Shown here piece after piece: positions 55,850 through 64,000 of a DNA stretch of 64,000 bases. A model generated the notes under the pieces. That model was not told the DNA's origin. It did not search any database and worked only from the letters and a program-made list of their open reading frames with translations. A program made the position numbers and the translations under genes. How positions within the stretch are numbered: position 1 is the stretch's first letter; every line of letters starts with the position of its first letter. Source of the stretch: a virus; IMG/VR virus record IMGVR_UViG_3300034062_006954, positions 17,211-81,210 of that record; one strand, given 5' to 3'.

Positions 55850-56548
55850 ATGGAAAAACAACAACTCATTTCCTTTGTAAAAAAATCACATAAAAAATAT
55901 CCTAATAATTCAAAACCAAGGGACATTTATCGTGAGATACAATCAGACCAACTTATAAGACCAGCCTTTGGTAAAATCATTACAGGTAATGATATTCTTA
56001 TGTATTGTTATATGATTCCGAAATATAAAGAAGGGGTTGATTTGGATAAATTATATGACCTTTTGAAATATTATCTCACAGCATTCAAAGTTATTTATTT
56101 TGAAAAAAAACATCCTCGTAAGGAATGTCCTAATTGTTATGGAAATGGTATAGAAGATTGTAATGTTTGTGGTGGTGATGGTAAAAATGATGATACAACA
56201 AATTGTGATGATTGTGAGGGTGAGGGAACTTTTGAATGTCATAATTGTGGTGGTTCAGGTGAATATGATGCTTACGATGAAGTTAAAATAGAAGAACTAA
56301 AATATGTTACTTATAATCCAAAAATTGTTGATAGACTTGAAAATATGGAGGAAGGTGAAATTATAGATTATGATGATTTTCATAACATCATAAAAAATGA
56401 TGGTACAATTTTGATTTATAGTGAAGAGGACTATGGGGATTTTAGTGACTACAAAAATATTGAGGAAGATAATTACATATTTGATAGTGAAATTAGAAAC
56501 CCTAAATTCCAAATAGGTTCTTTAGGTCGTGTTTCTATACGAATCTAA
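55850..56548 (+). CDS. Protein with DnaJ-type CxxCxGxG zinc finger
   Basis: Four CxxCxGxG repeats, no J domain. Confidence 0.8.
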   Translation: MEKQQLISFVKKSHKKYPNNSKPRDIYREIQSDQLIRPAFGKIITGNDILMYCYMIPKYKEGVDLDKLYDLLKYYLTAFKVIYFEKKHPRKECPNCYGNGIEDCNVCGGDGKNDDTTNCDDCEGEGTFECHNCGGSGEYDAYDEVKIEELKYVTYNPKIVDRLENMEEGEIIDYDDFHNIIKNDGTILIYSEEDYGDFSDYKNIEEDNYIFDSEIRNPKFQIGSLGRVSIRI

Positions 56549-56804
56549 CAAGAACTCTAAGATTATTTTTACCTTTTATAACCCGGTGATAAACCCCCTC
56601 TGGTATATAATATTTCTCACCAACAACTAATTTAGTTGGTAGTTCATTATCCATTTGTAAAAACCAATCATCACCTTCTAATATTTCAACTAGTCTATTT
56701 TCTCTATCACGATGCCATTTTAGTTCCTCTGAATCTACGTTAGGGGAAAATGTTCTTAATCTTTTATCACCAATAATTTCTTGTTCAAATGGTAGTTTAT
56801 CCAT
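56535..56804 (-). CDS. Small cupin-like protein
   Basis: WHRDRE.R...IPEG.YHRVIKG. Confidence 0.7.
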   Translation of the reverse strand: MDKLPFEQEIIGDKRLRTFSPNVDSEELKWHRDRENRLVEILEGDDWFLQMDNELPTKLVVGEKYYIPEGVYHRVIKGKNNLRVLVRFV

Positions 56805-57430
56805 TACCAACTTCTACTTGATTTAAGACCCAATTTTTTAGCATATCTGGCAACATTACAACTCCAATATCCTGCTTTTGTTCTGTCATTCTTTTGGTCA
56901 CATTTGTGACGAGCTCTAAACGATTTTGCTCTAGATTTACTGGCATTTCTTACTCTTAGATTCGGATCTCCAAACGTTACCTTCTTAACAGTACCTTTCG
57001 GAGTTTTAACATATACAGCAAATTTCTTAGGTCCACCAGGTGTTCTGAATGGTGAATTTAGTCTAACATTTTTACCACCTTTTTTTGCCTCAAATAGTAG
57101 TTCCTCAACTTCTTCTTCATACATTGGGGCGTCTAACCAAACTTCATCACCATTTTCCAATAATACTTTTTTACCTAAATCAGATTCAACAATCCAAGTA
57201 TCATCTTCATTCAATTCAATTAAACCTCTATTATATAAATTTCTTACTTCATTTATCAATTTGAAATATTTGTCCGAGTATATTCTGAATACACATTCAT
57301 TTAATGAAAGTTTATTTTCAAGATGATATCTTAAATCTTCAGAAATTAGACAGGTGTTTGTTAATCTCATAGGTGGATTAGTACTTTCCTTGAGAACTTT
57401 TTTAATTATAGAATCAATATTCCTTACCAT
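56804..57430 (-). CDS. Phage protein with basic DUF6321-like C-terminal domain
   Basis: GPKKFAVYV..P.G.VKKV.FGD....FRARHKC...AGYWSC. Confidence 0.7.
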   Translation of the reverse strand: MVRNIDSIIKKVLKESTNPPMRLTNTCLISEDLRYHLENKLSLNECVFRIYSDKYFKLINEVRNLYNRGLIELNEDDTWIVESDLGKKVLLENGDEVWLDAPMYEEEVEELLFEAKKGGKNVRLNSPFRTPGGPKKFAVYVKTPKGTVKKVTFGDPNLRVRNASKSRAKSFRARHKCDQKNDRTKAGYWSCNVARYAKKLGLKSSRSW

Positions 57431-57500
57431 AAATTTTGTTTTATAAATAAATATTACTATTTTTGTAATGATATTTCATAATCAAACTTAATTAATCACT

Positions 57501-57725
57501 ATGTTAGCAATTTATAGTCTTTTTTATATTTTTGTAAGAATATATGTCTTCGCAAAAGTATTTTATCTTATGTGGATGACTTATTATTATCCTGAATCAT
57601 ATCCTATTAGTTTACTTACTTGGTGGATGTACTTTTTAATCTTTGATATTTGGTTATCTGTTATTTTACCTAATGGTGAATTGAGAAAACCAAAAAATAA
57701 TGATAAGGATGAAATCCTACAATAA
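57501..57725 (+). CDS. Small two-TM membrane protein
   Basis: Hydrophobic. Confidence 0.6.
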   Translation: MLAIYSLFYIFVRIYVFAKVFYLMWMTYYYPESYPISLLTWWMYFLIFDIWLSVILPNGELRKPKNNDKDEILQ

Positions 57726-57775
57726 ATTATCAAATAAAAATTGGTATAATCGATATATTTATAAAGAAAAAAAAT

Positions 57776-58300
57776 ATGAAAGGTTATATTATAAATGAAT
57801 CAAAAATACGAAAAGCCATCAGAAAAAGTTTGAGGGAAGAAATGGATACTACTGAAGATAAAGAACAAAAACCAAGATGTGTCCCTGAAAATATTGTACC
57901 ATTAGATGAAATAGTGGGTAAATCAAATGAATATATGACTTACGCACCTGGTGTAACAAAAAGAAAATTAGGGGTTAGTTCTATGGTTGATACTTTAGGT
58001 ATCTTAAACAATTTAAGACTTTTTAAAGATATCAAAGATGGTGGTTCACACTTAGCTTATGATATGATGCACCATTTGAACAAATTTAGAAATAAAAATT
58101 TCCACGATGAAACTACTGGTGGTTGTAACAAAGCTATGGATAAAATTATTGAATTGTATAAAGAAAATGAACACGGAACAGAACTTGTAAAAGATATTGA
58201 ACGTGTTTTAAATCTTCAAACAAAAGATGACGAATACACACCTTCACCAAGAGCAAAAGAATATCTTAAAAGATGTTTGGATCTTGTAAAAGGTAATTAA
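57776..58300 (+). CDS. Hypothetical protein with YIINES leader
   Basis: MKGYIINESKIRKAIRKSLRE; TATTTATA upstream. Confidence 0.75.
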   Translation: MKGYIINESKIRKAIRKSLREEMDTTEDKEQKPRCVPENIVPLDEIVGKSNEYMTYAPGVTKRKLGVSSMVDTLGILNNLRLFKDIKDGGSHLAYDMMHHLNKFRNKNFHDETTGGCNKAMDKIIELYKENEHGTELVKDIERVLNLQTKDDEYTPSPRAKEYLKRCLDLVKGN

Positions 58301-58409
58301 TCTAACCTCTTAGGAGGACTATTAGGACCGCTTGCTGTTACGGCAACACAAAAAGAGGACATCGCTACGTCCTCTTTTTTTTTGTTTAATATTTATAAAT
58401 AAAAAAATT

Positions 58410-58706
58410 ATGAAAAAAACATATTTCTTTGGTTGGGAGAATATTAAATGGTTAATAAGAGAAATTACTAATATGTATTCCTCTAAAGAATCATTTTTTT
58501 CAAAAAAAAGAATTGAGTCAGGTATAGCATTTATTGTTGCTCAGTGGGGAATGATATTTTTCCTACTTGAAAAACATAAAGTACTAACTATGACTGACTT
58601 AATAATGTGGGCAGGTGTGGAATTTGCAATATCAGGTTATATTATTCATCAAATTCAACAAGAAAAGAAAAATGATGATAAAAAAGAAGAAACCCCCAAC
58701 GAATAG
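58410..58706 (+). CDS. Two-TM membrane protein (holin-like)
   Basis: Start moved to MKKTYFF behind TATTTATA; SKKR + TM pattern. Confidence 0.6.
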   Translation: MKKTYFFGWENIKWLIREITNMYSSKESFFSKKRIESGIAFIVAQWGMIFFLLEKHKVLTMTDLIMWAGVEFAISGYIIHQIQQEKKNDDKKEETPNE

Positions 58707-58754
58707 TTGAGGGTTTTTTGTTTTATCGTTTCGGTGACATCAACAAAACGATAT

Positions 58755-60620
58755 CTACTTAACTTCTTCGAATTCAACATCTGAACCTGTAAAACCATCA
58801 GTTGGTTCGGGTTGTTCACTGACATTACTATAAAGTTCTTGTGTAATTTTTTGCATAATTGAATTAACTTTATCTAACGCGGAATCAATTTTATCAACAT
58901 CACCAGTGTTTTTAGCCTCCTTCAACTCTTCTAAACCTTTTTTAACTTCTTCTTTATGTTCATCTGATATTTTCTCATCCAAATCCTTCAAAGTTTTTTC
59001 GATATTGAAGATTGTACTATCAGCTTCATTGATTTTCTCAGCTTTTTCCTTTGCAGTTTTATCAGATTCAGCATTTTCTTCAGCTTCTCTCTTCATTCTA
59101 TCAATTTCTTCCTGAGATAACCCTGATGATGATTCAATTCTAATGGTTTGTTGTTTGTTTGTACCTTTATCTAAGGCAGAAACATTGATTATACCATTGG
59201 CATCGATGTCAAATGTTACTTCAACTTGTGGAATACCCCTCATTGCAGGTGGAATACCATCTAAATGGAATCTACCAATGGTTCTGTTGTCTTTAGCCAT
59301 TGCCCTTTCACCTTGTAATACGTGAATTTCAACAGAAGGTTGATTATCTACCGCAGTAGAGAAAATTTGTGATTTCTTGGTCGGAATTGTTGTATTTGCA
59401 TCAATTAATTTGGTAAATACACCCCCCATTGTCTCAATTCCTAGTGAAAGTGGGGTAACATCCAATAAAAGAACGTCTTTTACATCACCAGCTAACACAC
59501 CACCCTGAATTGCAGCACCCAAAGCCACTACTTCATCAGGATTTACCCCTTTTGAAGGTTCTTTACCAAAGAATTTCTTAACAGCTTCTTGAATTGCTGG
59601 TATTCTTGTAGAACCACCAACCAAAATCACCTCATCAATGTCTTTTGTTGTTAATCCAGCATTTTTAAGAGCTGATTTACAAGGTGCAATTGTTCTTTCA
59701 ACCAATTTATCGATTAATATTTCAAATCCTGACCTATTTAATGTTTTTACAAGGTGTTTTGGTTGATTATCAATCACCATAAAGTAAGGTAAATTGATTT
59801 CAGTTGATTGAGATGAGGATAACTCGATTTTTGCCTTCTCTGCAGCTTCTCTTAGTCTTTGAATAGCCATAGAATCATCATTCCAAGCACCATTATTCTC
59901 TTTTTTGAACTCAGAAGTTAACCAATCAACAATAGCATTGTCAAAATCATCACCACCCAAGTGTGTATCACCATCTGTGGACAAAACTTCGAATACACCA
60001 CCGCCTAATTCAAGGATGGATACGTCATGAGTACCCCCTCCACAGTCAAAAACAACAATTTTGGAGTCTTTGTTTTTCTTATCTAACCCATAAGCAAGAG
60101 CCGCTGCGGTAGGTTCGTTGATAATTCGTTTCACTTTCAACCCAGCAATCTCACCAGCCTCTTTTGTAGCTTGTCTTTGAGCATCATTGAAGTATGCAGG
60201 TACAGTAATAACCGCTTCTGTAACTTCTTGCCCCAAATAATCCTCAGCAGTTTGTTTCATCTTCTGTAATACCATTGCAGAAATCTCTTGTGGTGAGAAT
60301 TGTTTACCATCAATCTCCACTCTAGGTGTGTTGTTTTTCCCTTTTACGACTTTATAAGGTACTCTATTAACTTCTGACTTAGTTTCGTCATAATTTGAGC
60401 CCATAAAGCGTTTAATTGAATAAATTGTTTTGTCAGGGTTAGTAATAGCTTGTCTTTTAGCTGGATCCCCAATCTTTCTTTCACCATTGTCAACAAAACC
60501 AATGATTGAAGGTGTTGTTCTTTTACCTTCATTGTTTGTTATCACAATAGGCTCTCCATTTTCCATAACGGCTACACACGAGTTTGTAGTCCCTAAATCA
60601 ATTCCTATAATTTTACTCAT
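58755..60620 (-). CDS. dnaK: Chaperone DnaK
   Basis: GIDLGTTNS; TVPAYFND; NEPTAAA; [11 protein letters not shown]. Confidence 0.98.
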   Translation of the reverse strand: MSKIIGIDLGTTNSCVAVMENGEPIVITNNEGKRTTPSIIGFVDNGERKIGDPAKRQAITNPDKTIYSIKRFMGSNYDETKSEVNRVPYKVVKGKNNTPRVEIDGKQFSPQEISAMVLQKMKQTAEDYLGQEVTEAVITVPAYFNDAQRQATKEAGEIAGLKVKRIINEPTAAALAYGLDKKNKDSKIVVFDCGGGTHDVSILELGGGVFEVLSTDGDTHLGGDDFDNAIVDWLTSEFKKENNGAWNDDSMAIQRLREAAEKAKIELSSSQSTEINLPYFMVIDNQPKHLVKTLNRSGFEILIDKLVERTIAPCKSALKNAGLTTKDIDEVILVGGSTRIPAIQEAVKKFFGKEPSKGVNPDEVVALGAAIQGGVLAGDVKDVLLLDVTPLSLGIETMGGVFTKLIDANTTIPTKKSQIFSTAVDNQPSVEIHVLQGERAMAKDNRTIGRFHLDGIPPAMRGIPQVEVTFDIDANGIINVSALDKGTNKQQTIRIESSSGLSQEEIDRMKREAEENAESDKTAKEKAEKINEADSTIFNIEKTLKDLDEKISDEHKEEVKKGLEELKEAKNTGDVDKIDSALDKVNSIMQKITQELYSNVSEQPEPTDGFTGSDVEFEEVK

Positions 60621-60823
60621 AAATGTTTGTTTTTTGTTTGAATTATATTGTTTATTTTTTATGGAGTCAATTCCATTTGTAAATTTTATTATTAAAAATT
60701 AAACCAAACTTATTTTAACTGACAAAATGTCAGTTTTTATGACAATTTTATTTTTTTTTAATTTTTTTAAATTAAAAATTGATTTTTTAAATAAGTGTTC
60801 GTATTTATTCCTAAAAGAAAAAA

Positions 60824-60899
60824 ATGGACATCAACTTACTGAACAATAAATCAAAATCAAACTTATAAATCCTCCTATATTAATAGGGGGATTTTTTTT
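60824..60899 (+). promoter_or_regulatory. Putative attenuator: Asn-rich leader MDINLLNNKSKSNL (60824-60868) plus terminator
   Basis: 4 of 14 codons are Asn; AATCCTCCTAT/ATAGGGGGATT hairpin with T run before the gene. Confidence 0.5.
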
Positions 60900-60929
60900 A
60901 TAAACCAATAAACACAATTAATAACAAAA

Positions 60930-61763
60930 ATGAAGAACACAAAAATTTACAATGAGCTAGTACAAAAAATGAGAACTTTCTTCCAAGCTAAAGGTTTCTT
61001 GGAAGTACCAGTTCAATCAAGACTATCAATCCTTGCAGCATGTGAAAATCCACATAGCATCACAAAATTTGAATATTCAGGTGAAATTTGGCCTTTACCA
61101 CAAACAGGACAAATGTGGTTGGAATGGGAACTTTTACAAAACCCTGACTATAATGGAGTGTATTGTATCTCAACATCATATAGACAAGAAAAAACACCAA
61201 TCCCTGGTCGTCACGACTTAATCTTCCCAATGTTTGAAGTTGAAACTAAAGGAACAAAAGAAGATATGGTTAAACTTCAATCTGAACTACTTGAATATCT
61301 TGGTTTTGATGCTCCAATTGTGGTTGACTACAATGAACTTTGTGAAAAATATGGAACTGAAATCCTTGAAGCTGAGCACGAAACAAAAATGTGGGAAGAA
61401 ATTGGTGATTCAATCTCTCTTCAAAACTTCCCATTAAGAACTAATCCATTCTGGAATATGCAAAAAGGTCAAGGAGACAAATTCCAAAAAGTTGACGTTA
61501 TCCTTTTCGGACAAGAAACAATTGGTTCGGCTGAAAGAAGTTGTAATGTTGAAGGAATGAAAGAAATGTTTTACACAATCGAAGGTGGAAACTATAGTGC
61601 AAAACTTTTTGAATTATTTGGTAAGGAAAGAGTAGAAAAAGAATTAGAAAATTTCTTATCTTTGGATTTCTTCCCAAGATTTGGATGGGGTTGTGGCCTC
61701 ACAAGATTGGCAAGAGCTTATGAATTGAATTTAGAGAAAAAACTTTCAGAATCTTTAGCGTAA
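60930..61763 (+). CDS. AsnRS/AspRS-like class II catalytic core without anticodon domain (asparagine synthetase-like)
   Basis: Motif 1 GFLEV; LPQTGQ..LE; motif 2 SYRQE...RH...F.M.E.E; ETIGSAER; motif 3 GWGCGLTRL. Confidence 0.8.
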   Translation: MKNTKIYNELVQKMRTFFQAKGFLEVPVQSRLSILAACENPHSITKFEYSGEIWPLPQTGQMWLEWELLQNPDYNGVYCISTSYRQEKTPIPGRHDLIFPMFEVETKGTKEDMVKLQSELLEYLGFDAPIVVDYNELCEKYGTEILEAEHETKMWEEIGDSISLQNFPLRTNPFWNMQKGQGDKFQKVDVILFGQETIGSAERSCNVEGMKEMFYTIEGGNYSAKLFELFGKERVEKELENFLSLDFFPRFGWGCGLTRLARAYELNLEKKLSESLA

Positions 61764-61765
61764 CT

Positions 61766-61951
61766 ATGGCAAAAAAACAAAATATCGAACAACCAATAAC
61801 AGAAAATACCAAATACGAAGAAATTGTTGATCATGGTGATATTATCCAAATATGGAGATATGATAAAAAAATCAGTAAAAATGCTTATGAAGTAGAAAAT
61901 GTATATAAAGGGGAAACGAAATTTAGTAAATTAAAAAAGGGGTCGAAATAG
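61766..61951 (+). CDS. Small hypothetical protein
   Basis: ORF track. Confidence 0.6.
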   Translation: MAKKQNIEQPITENTKYEEIVDHGDIIQIWRYDKKISKNAYEVENVYKGETKFSKLKKGSK

Positions 61952-61963
61952 ACCCCTTTTATT

Positions 61964-62641
61964 TTATTCTTTTTCTTCTTTTCCTGAGTATTTTACCCCC
62001 ATAATAGTACCAATGATACTAAATGCGTTAGTTAATAATATACCTAACATATTTGACCAAGTAGAACCAATCATTTGGGTGTCTTTATTGATAAGTAAGG
62101 CTAAGATATACATAAATGTTGTAATGATACCAATTGATATTATTACCCCTAATGCAATTCTCACTATATTACCAATTAGTTCAGTTTGTTTTTTCTTTTG
62201 TAGAACATCTAAATCATTAACCGCAGCCGTTTTAGCTTCTTCAGCTTGGATTCTTGCCAACTCTGATTTAGCCATTTCTTGTTGTAGTTCAACACTCATT
62301 CTTTGGTTATCTTGTTGCCAAGCAAGTAACTCCCTATTTTGAACTTCAAAAGTCATTTTTGATTCTTCAACTTCTTTCAAAGACACTTGGAGTTCATCCA
62401 TTATTCTTTGATTTTCGGCATTAACCTCAATCAACTCTCTGTTCTTTTCCTGAACTTGTTTTGTTATTTCTAACCTTTTTTTTCTTGTTTCTTTATCCTT
62501 TTCCTTACAATCCTCAACATATTTTGCAAAATTAGGGTCATCTGAAGAGTCAATAATCTTCAAAATATTTCCTTCTAACCCAATATTTTTCTTTTCGAGT
62601 AAATTTATTAACTCTTCTTTGGTTTCCTTATTAAATTTCAT
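61964..62641 (-). CDS. Coiled-coil protein with two C-terminal TM helices
   Basis: Coupled to the response regulator gene. Confidence 0.75.
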   Translation of the reverse strand: MKFNKETKEELINLLEKKNIGLEGNILKIIDSSDDPNFAKYVEDCKEKDKETRKKRLEITKQVQEKNRELIEVNAENQRIMDELQVSLKEVEESKMTFEVQNRELLAWQQDNQRMSVELQQEMAKSELARIQAEEAKTAAVNDLDVLQKKKQTELIGNIVRIALGVIISIGIITTFMYILALLINKDTQMIGSTWSNMLGILLTNAFSIIGTIMGVKYSGKEEKE

Positions 62642-63075
62642 TATCTATAAACCTTAAATGGTGCTGTTCTTTTTTTATATCCATCATAATCTTTTTTGAA
62701 TTCTTCTAACCTAGGCTCAATATCATCAGATTTTATAATCCAAAATTGAGCACCAGCTTGAACAGCTTTTGCTTGTTCTTCAGGTTCATTAGAAGAAGAT
62801 ATAATCCCTATAACAACATTATTACCATACTCAAAGTTAATTTTTCTAATCAATTCTATTCCATCAAAGGAAGAACCAATTATGTTTAAATCAACGAACA
62901 CACACTCAGGTCTATCTGAAAAATCACCTTGTAACCATTTTTGAAATAGTTTTGCAGCTTCATCAGAACTATTCAAAGATTTTAGTGAAAGACTAATATC
63001 TAATAAAGAGCATGCGTCTTCAAAAACTAAATGGAATAAATCCTCATCATCTACTAACATTAATGTATCAATCAT
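62641..63075 (-). CDS. Single-domain response regulator
   Basis: LVDDE; FVDLN phospho-Asp; DGIEL; ISSS; GA..WIIK. Confidence 0.9.
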   Translation of the reverse strand: MIDTLMLVDDEDLFHLVFEDACSLLDISLSLKSLNSSDEAAKLFQKWLQGDFSDRPECVFVDLNIIGSSFDGIELIRKINFEYGNNVVIGIISSSNEPEEQAKAVQAGAQFWIIKSDDIEPRLEEFKKDYDGYKKRTAPFKVYR

Positions 63076-63088
63076 TTTTTATTTTTTT

Positions 63089-64000
63089 TTATTTTATGTT
63101 TATTTTCATTTTAGTACCAATTTCATTTTTTTCACAAGTAATTTCAAATCCGTGTTCTTCTAAAATTGCAACACAAATATTTAACCCTAATCCTGTACCA
63201 CTCTCTTTTTGCCCTTCTTTTCTTGTATATGGCTTTGATAAATGGTCAAAATCTTGTTGAGTTATTCCTCTACCATTATCTTGTATCATTAACAAATCCC
63301 CATCCATAAATATCTTAACAAATTTTGTATCAGAGTCGTTATATTTCAAACCATTTCTTATCAGATTATCAATAGCTGTACAAAATAATGACTCATTCAC
63401 ATCTTTAGTTATTAGCTCATTTATTTGAACCTGACTTTTATATGAAGTTGTTGATAAATAACTTTCTAAAATATCTTTTAAATTACATTCAGTTTTATTT
63501 AATACAACATCTTTTTTTACTAAGTTTGTAAATTCATAAACACCTTTATAAACTTTTTGTGTATGTGTCAAACCATCTTTTATCATTTTAAATGGAGATT
63601 CAATTTTAAGTTCTTTCATATCATCAGCACTTAATCTTCGTTCTAATGAACTAACTCCCCTAGGTATGTATGTATTTATACCTGAGTGCATATCGTGTCT
63701 TAGAATCTTTGCTGCGTGCTCTAAATAGGTGTTCTTTTTCTCAATTTCTATTGATTGTGTTATCCTTTCCGTTATATCAGTCGCAATTTTCATCACTCGT
63801 TGAACTTTACCATCAACACCAAATACAGGATTATATGATGCTTGAATCCAAACTTGTTTTTTATCTTTTGTAAATCTTGGAAACTCATTCGAAACATATT
63901 CACCACTTTTTAACAATTTCCAAAACTCTTTATATTCAGGAGATTTTGAATATTCCTTTGAAACAAAAATTTTATGATGTTTACCTTTAAGTTCTTTTTC
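63089..64000 (-). CDS. PAS-domain sensor histidine kinase (5' part outside the window)
   Basis: GKHHKIF...FW..L..G, WIQASYNP PAS; RHDM H-box; NLIRNGLKY; DNGRGI; GTGLGL; frame open to 64000. Confidence 0.92.
   Translation of the reverse strand, partial: EKELKGKHHKIFVSKEYSKSPEYKEFWKLLKSGEYVSNEFPRFTKDKKQVWIQASYNPVFGVDGKVQRVMKIATDITERITQSIEIEKKNTYLEHAAKILRHDMHSGINTYIPRGVSSLERRLSADDMKELKIESPFKMIKDGLTHTQKVYKGVYEFTNLVKKDVVLNKTECNLKDILESYLSTTSYKSQVQINELITKDVNESLFCTAIDNLIRNGLKYNDSDTKFVKIFMDGDLLMIQDNGRGITQQDFDHLSKPYTRKEGQKESGTGLGLNICVAILEEHGFEITCEKNEIGTKMKINIK

Noticed and set aside
18963-60620. Bacterial chromosome or prophage boundary suggested by clpC, dnaK, guaC, ssrA
   Set aside because: These genes are interspersed with phage genes sharing the same promoter motifs and composition; no integrase or host operon context.
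1-64000. Stop-codon recoding
   Set aside because: Core genes are intact in the standard code, TAG and TGA end genes, and no CTA/TCA suppressor tRNA was found.

Overview
AT-rich segment of a T4-like jumbo phage genome, standard genetic code. Bacteroidota host inferred from TAnnTTTG/-33 TTTG promoters, a bS21 gene and a lipoprotein carrying Bacteroidota glycosylation sequons. Contents: the head-assembly module (major capsid, scaffold, prohead protease, portal, large terminase, with bS21 on the opposite strand); a proteostasis set (N-domain-less ClpC, UVR-motif protein, DnaK, tmRNA, peptidases); a probable lysis cassette; 24 tRNAs (19 amino acids, Val absent) interleaved with tRNA-like and unclassified structured RNAs; a Ro60/TROVE-like (DUF2828-type) vWA gene followed by three related stem RNAs; a block of probable head-packaged proteins; GMP reductase; an AsnRS-like catalytic core behind an Asn-rich leader peptide; and a PAS histidine kinase/response regulator pair. 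Best leads: (1) the Ro60-like protein plus tandem CAGCAA stem RNAs, (2) a two-signal capsid cargo addressing code shared by many unrelated proteins, (3) tRNA mimics with expanded anticodon arms, (4) a late-promoter motif that is the reverse complement of the T4 one, (5) an HNH gene bracketed by inverted copies of the tmRNA 3' end. All family calls are by motif recognition only, with no database search. RNA coordinates were counted by hand and may be off by a few nt.
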